Positions 8,133 through 15,042 of a DNA stretch of 33,549 bases are shown one piece after another; position 1 is the stretch's first letter, and the number at the start of each line of letters is the position of its first letter. Position numbers and translations under genes: made by a program. The stretch is from an uncultured Candidatus Saccharibacteria bacterium (GTDB lineage: Bacteria > Patescibacteriota > Dojkabacteria > SC72), in NCBI GenBank assembly GCA_964526165.1, contig CAZGKK010000002.1, positions 1 to 33,549 on the forward strand. The letters run 5' to 3'. A model generated the notes under the pieces. The model worked only from the letters and a program-made list of their open reading frames with translations. It was not told the origin of the DNA and did no database searches.

Positions 8133-8220
8133 CAAGTTTTTTAGGAGTCAACTGTTATGGCACATTGTCACAGTACTTGGAGCATTTATTACAATGCTGA
8201 TAATGTACAAACTCAAATGA
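8110..8220 (+). CDS. Small (36 aa) single-pass membrane peptide, MTRKSRFNKFFRSQLLWHIVTVLGAFITMLIMYKLK, overlapping the previous peptide by 23 nt
   Basis: Not in the ORF track. GGAGG at 8098..8102 lies 7 nt before the ATG at 8110. Topology matches the peptides at 4104 and 8034 (basic N-terminus plus one TM helix). Stop is TGA at 8218..8220. Confidence 0.4.
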   Translation: MTRKSRFNKFFRSQLLWHIVTVLGAFITMLIMYKLK

Positions 8221-8238
8221 TTTCGAAACTTACCTTAA

Positions 8239-8290
8239 GTAGAGGGAAACATTAATTATCATTTTGATATTGCATTTTGTTTCCCTCTAC
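8239..8290 (+). other. Perfect 13-bp stem hairpin (GTAGAGGGAAACA / TGTTTCCCTCTAC) with a 26-nt AT-rich loop
   Basis: Arms at 8239..8251 and 8278..8290 are exact reverse complements. No U-tract follows (ACCCCTCCCATT), so it is not a classical intrinsic terminator. Confidence 0.6.
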
Positions 8291-8391
8291 ACCCCTCCCA
8301 TTGCAAAATAAATCATAAAAATATAAAATACCTAATGTGTATAGAATAAACGGTATAAACAAATCAAAACTAAACCGAATAGTTTTTACAA

Positions 8392-8413
8392 CACACACTT
8401 TTTAATGTGTGTG
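8392..8413 (+). terminator. Short hairpin CACACAC-TTTTTAAT-GTGTGTG followed by a T-rich tract, 45 nt upstream of thrS
   Basis: 7-bp stem (8392..8398 / 8407..8413) with an 8-nt loop, followed by CTTTCCCTTTACTTT. It could end the small-peptide transcript or act as a thrS leader attenuator. Confidence 0.3.
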
Positions 8414-8458
8414 CTTTCCCTTTACTTTAAATATTAAATTAATTATTGATTAACAAAT

Positions 8459-10249
8459 ATGGATTCTGAACAACAAAAACAAGAAGATATTTTGGAGAGA
8501 ATGAGACATTCAGCATCTCATATTCTTGCCGAGGCAGTCTTAAAACTTTATCCTGACACCAAATTAGGAATAGGTCCCGCCATTGAGAATGGTTTCTACT
8601 ACGATTTTGATTTTAGCGAACCGATAGAGGAAGAAGATCTAAAAGGTATAGAGAAGGAAATGAGAAAAATTATTAAACAAGATCTCCCGATAACTCAAGT
8701 ATTCATGAAAAGGAAAGATGCCGAAGAATATTTTAACAAAACCGACCAAGTATACAAATTAGAATTACTTAATGAGATTGAAGGTAAGGAGTTGAGCTTT
8801 TTCATTACAGGTGAAAACGAATTTGCAGATTTATGTAGAGGCCCTCACATCGCAAGTACTAAAGAAATTGGTGCAATAAAATTAACGAAAACAGCTGGCG
8901 CTTATTGGAGAGGAGATGAGAGCAAAAAAATGCTTACAAGAATCTATGGAACCGCTTTTGAAACTGAAAATGAGCTTAATACTTTTTTAAAGAATCAGGA
9001 ATTACTTGAAAGTCGAAATCATAGAAAAATCGGAAAACAACTTGAACTCTTTGCAATCATTCCAGAAATTGGACAAGGATTACCCGTATGGCTACCTAGG
9101 GGATATATAATGAGAAGAATCCTTGAGGATTATTTGTTAGAACTAGAAAACAATGCTGGTTATCTTCATATTCTAACACCACATATAAACAAATCTCTTC
9201 TCTTTGAAATGTCAGGACATTTGAACTTTTACAAAGATTCTATGTACCCACCTATGCAAGTGGAAGATGAGACTTACTACCTCAAACCAATGAATTGTCC
9301 GGCAGGGATGATGGTCTACAATCTAAGTCCAAAGAGTTACAGAGACTTACCTTACAAATTAGGAGAGTTTGGTACAGTATATAGATACGAAAAGAGTGGA
9401 GAGTTACACGGTCTTCAGAGAGTTAGAGGATTTACACAAAATGATGCTCATATTTTCTGTACTCCAGAACAACTCGAGGATTCAATAAACGAAACATTAG
9501 ATTTATTAGACATATTTTACAAAGATGTAGGTTTTTCAAAATACAAATTCAGGCTCTCTCTCTCAGATAGAGAGGCAAATCCCAAGAAATATGCAGGAGA
9601 TATTGAAAGATGGAAGCAAGCAGAAGAGACTCTAAGAAAAGTCTTAATCGACAGAAAAGTTGATTTTGAAGAGATGCCTGGAGATGCTGCGTTTTACGGT
9701 CCTAAAATTGACATTCAAGCAGTTAATGTCTTTGGAAAAGAAGATTCTGTTTCCACCTTACAATTGGACTTTAATCTTTCTGAAAGATTTAATATCAAAT
9801 ATATTGATCAGGATGGAAAAGAACAAGAACCATTTGTAATTCACAGAGCATTAATAGGTTCGTTCGAAAGATTCTTTGCCTTCTTAATTGAAACTCATGG
9901 GGGAGATTTCCCGCTCTGGTTTACTCCCGAGCAGGTATATATCGTCCCAATCTCGGAAAAGCATCACGAATATTCGAAAAAAGTTTACGAGGAATTACGA
10001 AGTTCTGGTTTAAGAGTAAAGCTTGATGATAGATCAAAGAGTATGCAGTCTAGAATCCGAGACGCAGAAAAAATGAAGATTCCATATATCATTATTATTG
10101 GTGAAAAAGAGATTCAAACTGATACAATATCTGTAAGAACAAGGAGAAACAAAAGTGAAGGCCTTATGAAAGTCCAAGAATTTATTGACAATCTTAAAGA
10201 AGAGATAAGGACAAAAGAACCCTTTGCAACTGAATCTGAGGGTAATTAA
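8459..10249 (+). CDS. thrS: Threonyl-tRNA synthetase (lacks the N-terminal TGS domain)
   Basis: 596-aa ORF starting in the editing domain (RHSASHILAEAV..GPAIENGFYYDFDF). Class II core motifs are KPMNCP, FTQNDAHIFC and VIHRAL. The C-terminal anticodon-binding domain is present. Confidence 0.9.
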   Translation: MDSEQQKQEDILERMRHSASHILAEAVLKLYPDTKLGIGPAIENGFYYDFDFSEPIEEEDLKGIEKEMRKIIKQDLPITQVFMKRKDAEEYFNKTDQVYKLELLNEIEGKELSFFITGENEFADLCRGPHIASTKEIGAIKLTKTAGAYWRGDESKKMLTRIYGTAFETENELNTFLKNQELLESRNHRKIGKQLELFAIIPEIGQGLPVWLPRGYIMRRILEDYLLELENNAGYLHILTPHINKSLLFEMSGHLNFYKDSMYPPMQVEDETYYLKPMNCPAGMMVYNLSPKSYRDLPYKLGEFGTVYRYEKSGELHGLQRVRGFTQNDAHIFCTPEQLEDSINETLDLLDIFYKDVGFSKYKFRLSLSDREANPKKYAGDIERWKQAEETLRKVLIDRKVDFEEMPGDAAFYGPKIDIQAVNVFGKEDSVSTLQLDFNLSERFNIKYIDQDGKEQEPFVIHRALIGSFERFFAFLIETHGGDFPLWFTPEQVYIVPISEKHHEYSKKVYEELRSSGLRVKLDDRSKSMQSRIRDAEKMKIPYIIIIGEKEIQTDTISVRTRRNKSEGLMKVQEFIDNLKEEIRTKEPFATESEGN

Positions 10250-10270
10250 TTTTTTATATTTTTAATATAA

Positions 10271-10846
10271 ATGGCTTATGACAAGCAAATAGATTTAAGA
10301 AAGAAATTCGGACCGAGAAAAAATGAATACATTAGGGTAGAGGAAGTACAACTAGTTGATGAAAAGGGTGAAAATGCTGGAATTGTTAAAACTTCATTAG
10401 CATTAGAGATGGCCAAAACAGTTGGTTTAGACTTAGTAGAGGTAGGACCAAATGTAAAACCTCCAGTATGCAAAATAATGGACTACTCAAAATACATGTA
10501 CATACAAAGTAAAAAGAGTAGAATGAACAAGAAGGGAAAAGCTAAAGAAGTTAAAGAATTTAGGTTTTCTCCTGTTATCGAAGAGGCAGATACAAAACAT
10601 AAAGTAAGTAGAGCAATAGAATATCTGAAAAAGGGTCACCCGACAAGAATTACAATGTTTAGGAAAGGAAGACAGTCCCGAGAACAAGCCAGAGAAATTT
10701 TTGATGAAATATTGACTAATTTCACAGATTATAGTAGCATTGAACCCGGTCCTGTATCCGAAGGTAATAATATTTTTATAACTTTCAAACCTAATGGCAA
10801 GACAAAAGACAAACAAAACAGCAAAGAAGAGAGTAAAGATGTCTAA
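10271..10846 (+). CDS. infC: Translation initiation factor IF-3
   Basis: 191-aa ORF with IRVEEVQLVDEKGENAGIV, LDLVEVGPNVKPPVCKIMDYSKY and an IF3 C-domain. It occupies the canonical thrS-infC-rpmI-rplT position. Confidence 0.85.
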   Translation: MAYDKQIDLRKKFGPRKNEYIRVEEVQLVDEKGENAGIVKTSLALEMAKTVGLDLVEVGPNVKPPVCKIMDYSKYMYIQSKKSRMNKKGKAKEVKEFRFSPVIEEADTKHKVSRAIEYLKKGHPTRITMFRKGRQSREQAREIFDEILTNFTDYSSIEPGPVSEGNNIFITFKPNGKTKDKQNSKEESKDV

Positions 10847-11006
10847 CCCTAGAGGTTCAAAGGCAGGAGTTCTGAGATACAAGCAGAGTCACCAGGGTCA
10901 CTTAAGGACTAAGAAATCGGCAACTCAAAAGAGAAGACAAAGTGATAGTAAGAAAGTAACAAAAGGATTGAGGAATAAAATGATTAAAAAAATTATTAAT
11001 ATCTAG
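10794..11006 (+). CDS. rpmI: 50S ribosomal protein L35
   Basis: 70-aa basic ORF. The N-terminus MARQKTNKTAKKRVK matches the L35 signature (MPKxKTxxxAAKRFK), which supports the long form. That form overlaps infC by 53 nt in another frame. Confidence 0.75.
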   Translation: MARQKTNKTAKKRVKMSNPRGSKAGVLRYKQSHQGHLRTKKSATQKRRQSDSKKVTKGLRNKMIKKIINI

Positions 11007-11017
11007 TAAGAATCACA

Positions 11018-11356
11018 ATGAGAGTAAAGACAGGCGTAGCAAGAAAAAGAAGACACAGTAAAATCCTTTCAAGAACAAAAGGATATAGAATGTCTAAAAG
11101 TAAATTGTATAAGGTTGCTCATGAGGCTTTTATGCATGCTGGACAATACGCATATAATGACAGGCAGAAGAGAGGAGCACAGATGAGGAGAATATGGATT
11201 ACAAAGATTAATGCTGCATGTAAAAATAATGGGACTCAATATAAAGATTTGATTTCAGGTCTAAAGAAAAATAAAATTGAATTAAATAGAATGGTTTTAG
11301 CAGATTTAGCTGTAAACAATCCTGAAGTATTTACCACTGTTGTAAAATCTCTTTAA
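11018..11356 (+). CDS. rplT: 50S ribosomal protein L20
   Basis: 112-aa ORF, MRVKTGVARKRRHSKILSRTKGYR...YAYNDRQKRGAQMRRIWITKINAA, a typical L20 sequence. Confidence 0.9.
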   Translation: MRVKTGVARKRRHSKILSRTKGYRMSKSKLYKVAHEAFMHAGQYAYNDRQKRGAQMRRIWITKINAACKNNGTQYKDLISGLKKNKIELNRMVLADLAVNNPEVFTTVVKSL

Positions 11357-11378
11357 TTGATTGAATTTCGTGTTTGAG

Positions 11379-11404
11379 AAGGACTCTAAATGGGTCCTTT
11401 TTTT
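11379..11404 (+). terminator. Rho-independent terminator after rplT
   Basis: 8-bp stem AAGGACTC / GGGTCCTT (one G-U pair) with loop TAAAT. It runs into a 7-T tract (11398..11404). Confidence 0.7.
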
Positions 11405-11510
11405 GTAAATACGATTTTAATGAAAAGATCCTAAGGACTAACAGGATAAATCAATATACAGTCATTCAAAATCTCAACACCACTCATTCCTTTTTCACCA
11501 AATAATGTTG

Positions 11511-11516
11511 TATACT
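11511..11516 (+). promoter_or_regulatory. -10 box TATACT, 5 nt upstream of the pheS ATG (leaderless-type promoter)
   Basis: TATACT at 11511..11516, spacer AAACA, ATG at 11522, with no SD. Confidence 0.5.
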
Positions 11517-11521
11517 AAACA

Positions 11522-12559
11522 ATGGAATTTAAACAAAAAAATCTTCAAAAAATATACAAGGAATTAATAACTGACAAGGAAAAGCTACCTCTTTCTGAAC
11601 TTAAAACAAAATACTCTTCAAAAAAAGGTCTCATTAACAAAGCCTTTAACAACATCTCTTCAATCCCACAAAAAGAACGTGCTGAATACGGTAAGGAAGC
11701 AAACGAGTTAAAAAGGATATTTTCAGAAGTATTAAATAATCTCTCTCAGGAAGACAATCCCTATTCAACGAAAGAAAGAATAGATGTAACAGCACCTTTC
11801 GACGTGAATACCCCTGACTTGGAAAAACAAAATTTTTTTGAAGGGAAAGGGACTCAACATCCATTAACAAAGGAATTAGAAAGATTTGTAGAGATTTTTA
11901 AAGGGATGGGTTTCAATGTATTAGAAAGCAGACAAATCGATGATGATTTTCATATGTTTGAATCCTTAAACTTCCCTGTAGGACATCCTGCAAGGGATAT
12001 GTACGACACATTCTGGACAGAAGATGGCTTCGTCCTTCCAGCTCATACATCAACCATGCAGAACAGAGCGATGAAAATGTTTGGTCCACCTCCAGTTGCG
12101 GTGGTATTGCCAGGAAGATGCTTTAGAAACGAAGCCACAGATGCTAGTCACGAATTCACATTCCATCAAATTGAGGGAATATATATTGATGAGAATGTCT
12201 CCTTAGGAAATATGATAGCAACCATTAAGGAATTCCTTCAACAATATCTCGATACAACATTGGATGTACGAATTCAACCATCTTTCTTTCCCTTTACTGA
12301 ACCTGATTGCGAATTTGTAATAGGATGTCCTTTCTGTAACAAATCCGGTTGTTCAACCTGTGGACACTCTGGATGGATAGAATTGATGGGTTGTGGAATG
12401 ATACACCCGAATGTTCTTAAACAAGCGGGAATTGACCCTTTAAAGTACTCAGGCTTTGCATGGGGATTCGGTGTAGACAGACTAACAATGATAAAGAGAG
12501 GAGTAAATGACATTCGATACCTAAGAGATTCTAATCTTAACTTCTTAAGACAATTTTAA
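11522..12559 (+). CDS. pheS: Phenylalanyl-tRNA synthetase alpha subunit
   Basis: 345-aa ORF with class II motifs (HPARDMYDTFW, GRCFRNEATDASHEFTFHQIEG, GFAWGFGVDRL) and a Cys-rich knuckle (CPFCNKSGCSTCGHSGW). Confidence 0.9.
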   Translation: MEFKQKNLQKIYKELITDKEKLPLSELKTKYSSKKGLINKAFNNISSIPQKERAEYGKEANELKRIFSEVLNNLSQEDNPYSTKERIDVTAPFDVNTPDLEKQNFFEGKGTQHPLTKELERFVEIFKGMGFNVLESRQIDDDFHMFESLNFPVGHPARDMYDTFWTEDGFVLPAHTSTMQNRAMKMFGPPPVAVVLPGRCFRNEATDASHEFTFHQIEGIYIDENVSLGNMIATIKEFLQQYLDTTLDVRIQPSFFPFTEPDCEFVIGCPFCNKSGCSTCGHSGWIELMGCGMIHPNVLKQAGIDPLKYSGFAWGFGVDRLTMIKRGVNDIRYLRDSNLNFLRQF

Positions 12560-15042
12560 TGAGAGTTACAACAGAAATACTAAAACAATTAGGAAATATT
12601 ACAATTGCTGATAACGAATTTGAAAATCTAATCAAGGAGCACATCGGAAATGTAGAATATGTTCACAACACAGCTGAGGATTACAAGGGAATTTTAGTAG
12701 GTGAAATAGTTGAAAAAGAAAATCACCCAAACGCAGACAAGCTAGGTGTATACAAAGTTTTTGTAGGGGAAAAAAGAATTCAGGTTGTAGCTGGAGACAA
12801 AAGCCTAGAAATTGGAGACAAAGTTGCTTACATTCCCCCAGGCTCTATTGTTCCCTTCTCTTTCTATGCAAATGAAGAACCTATTGTTATTGAAGCTGTT
12901 GAACTCAGAGGTATTAAATCCAACGGTATGTTGGGTTCAGAAAAGGAATTGAACCTTGGGACCAACCATAGTAATGTCTATAAACTACCATATGACGCTA
13001 TTCCAGGCACATTATTCTCAGATTATTTTGAATTCGAAGATACAGTAATTGAAATAGAAAACAAAGGATTAACAAATAGAGGAGACCTTTTTGGTATTAT
13101 GGGAATCGCAAGAGAATTAACTGCAATAACTGGAAACAAATTCGAATCTCCAGCATGGATTTTAAAGCCAAAAACAGATTTACAGCCAGAAGAAAACTGT
13201 TTAAATCTTGAAATTGTTAATGATGCAGAAGCTCTTTGTCCAAGATATATGGGAATAGCTCTTGACAATATTTCTATAAAGCCATCACCTATATGGTTGC
13301 AGTCTGCACTTCTGAAATTAGATATTAAACCAATTAACAATGTTATTGATATAACTAACTATGTTTCAGCGATTCTGGGACAACCCTTACACGCCTTTGA
13401 TTACGACAAAATTATCTCTGAAGACAAAGCCCCGGATAATAAAGTAAAAATAAATATTCGAATGGGTAGAGAAGGGGAATCAATTCTTGGATTAGATAAC
13501 AAAGTTCATAATTTAAACGATAGAACGATAGTAATCGCAGACAACAATCATCCCATTGCTATTGCAGGGGTAATAGGTGGATTAGATTCATCAGTAGATT
13601 ACAATACCAAGAGGATAATTATCGAATCAGCAAATTTTGATAAAAATAGTGTTCGAAAAACTTCCATGTCATTAGGAATTTCTACTGATGCAGCAACTAA
13701 ATTCAAACACTCTCTAGATCCAGAAGGATGTTTACCAGCCCTTCTTAAAACAGTTGAGCTTGTAAAAGAATTGGCCGAGGGTAAGATAGCGTCAAAAATA
13801 ATTGATATATTTGGAGATAGATCTTTAGAGAAAAAAATTACTATTGATATAGATAGACTTAATTCACACATTGGGACTTCTTTAAACAAGGAATTGATAT
13901 CTACAATTCTCAAGAATCTAGAGTACAAGATTAATTCCTCAAATAAGAATTTTTTGACTGTGACAGTTCCAACTTGGAGAAAAGATATACAACTCTCTGA
14001 AGATATTCACGAGGATGTCGCAAGGATATTTGGGTACAACAATATAGAAATAGTGTTACCCAAAAAACAAATTAAACCCCTTGTAAATAACACTCTTTTT
14101 GAATTAAAAAAAGAATTAAGAAAAACATTTTCAACACTAGGATTAAACGAGATTCTTACTTACAGTTTTACAAGTATAGATAATTTTGAGAAAACGAATT
14201 TAGTTTCTGATTACGCATATAGACTAAAAAACCCTCTTTCACCTGAGTTGTCATTAATGAGAATATCTCTTTTACAATCAATTCTCCCAAAGATGAAAGA
14301 AAACAAAGAGAGGGGTTTCAACAAATTTGGTCTTTTCGAAATTAATATCCCTCACATTAAAAAATATACGGATGAGAACTCACTCCCGAAAGAAGATTGG
14401 CATTTTTCTGCAGTTCTTCTTGATACAAAAAAAGTTGTAGAATCCTCTTCTTATTATCTTGCAAAAGAATATACTGAGAAACTTTTTGAATTAAGAAATG
14501 TGAAAACAGAATATCTTTTAGTCGCTGACTCTCTAGAACAAGAATTAGATGAAGATATTAAAGCAATCTTGAATATTTTTGATCCGAACGTTTCTGCTTT
14601 CTGTATTGTAGAGAAAAAAATCATAGGAGTTCTTGGTGAAATTAAACAAAATATTAAATCCAATTTCAAACTTCCAGAATTTACTTGTGCGATAGATATT
14701 AACTTGAGTAAACTAATTGGGATTAAACCAGAAACACTTATGATGAAAACTATTCCTGTTTTTCCAAGTTTTTCTCTTGACTTATGCTTCGAAACTTCCA
14801 TTTCTATAAAATATTCTGAGATGGAAAAACTTTTAAAAGACACGCTAAACAGCAAGGAGAGATGGGCAAATGTAGAGTGTCGTGATATTTTTCAAGGAAA
14901 GAAAGAGGAAGAAAAAAAGAGAACAACCTTTAGAATCATAGGAGGGAATTACACAAAGACTTTAAATGATAAAGATATAAAGAAACTTGTAGATATCGTA
15001 TCAAAAAAGATGGAAGAAAAATTCGAAGCTAAGGTTATATAA
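12559..15042 (+). CDS. pheT: Phenylalanyl-tRNA synthetase beta subunit
   Basis: 827-aa ORF coupled to pheS by TAATG. It has the N-terminal tRNA-binding (OB) domain (HPNADKLGVYKV...GIKSNGML), B3/4 and B5 domains and a C-terminal ferredoxin-like domain. Confidence 0.9.
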   Translation: MRVTTEILKQLGNITIADNEFENLIKEHIGNVEYVHNTAEDYKGILVGEIVEKENHPNADKLGVYKVFVGEKRIQVVAGDKSLEIGDKVAYIPPGSIVPFSFYANEEPIVIEAVELRGIKSNGMLGSEKELNLGTNHSNVYKLPYDAIPGTLFSDYFEFEDTVIEIENKGLTNRGDLFGIMGIARELTAITGNKFESPAWILKPKTDLQPEENCLNLEIVNDAEALCPRYMGIALDNISIKPSPIWLQSALLKLDIKPINNVIDITNYVSAILGQPLHAFDYDKIISEDKAPDNKVKINIRMGREGESILGLDNKVHNLNDRTIVIADNNHPIAIAGVIGGLDSSVDYNTKRIIIESANFDKNSVRKTSMSLGISTDAATKFKHSLDPEGCLPALLKTVELVKELAEGKIASKIIDIFGDRSLEKKITIDIDRLNSHIGTSLNKELISTILKNLEYKINSSNKNFLTVTVPTWRKDIQLSEDIHEDVARIFGYNNIEIVLPKKQIKPLVNNTLFELKKELRKTFSTLGLNEILTYSFTSIDNFEKTNLVSDYAYRLKNPLSPELSLMRISLLQSILPKMKENKERGFNKFGLFEINIPHIKKYTDENSLPKEDWHFSAVLLDTKKVVESSSYYLAKEYTEKLFELRNVKTEYLLVADSLEQELDEDIKAILNIFDPNVSAFCIVEKKIIGVLGEIKQNIKSNFKLPEFTCAIDINLSKLIGIKPETLMMKTIPVFPSFSLDLCFETSISIKYSEMEKLLKDTLNSKERWANVECRDIFQGKKEEEKKRTTFRIIGGNYTKTLNDKDIKKLVDIVSKKMEEKFEAKVI

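Noticed and set aside
8221-8458. T-box riboswitch upstream of thrS
   Set aside because: I could find no T-box consensus (AAnnnGGGTGGnACCGCG-like), no specifier-loop or AG-bulge architecture, and no antiterminator alternative to the hairpins.
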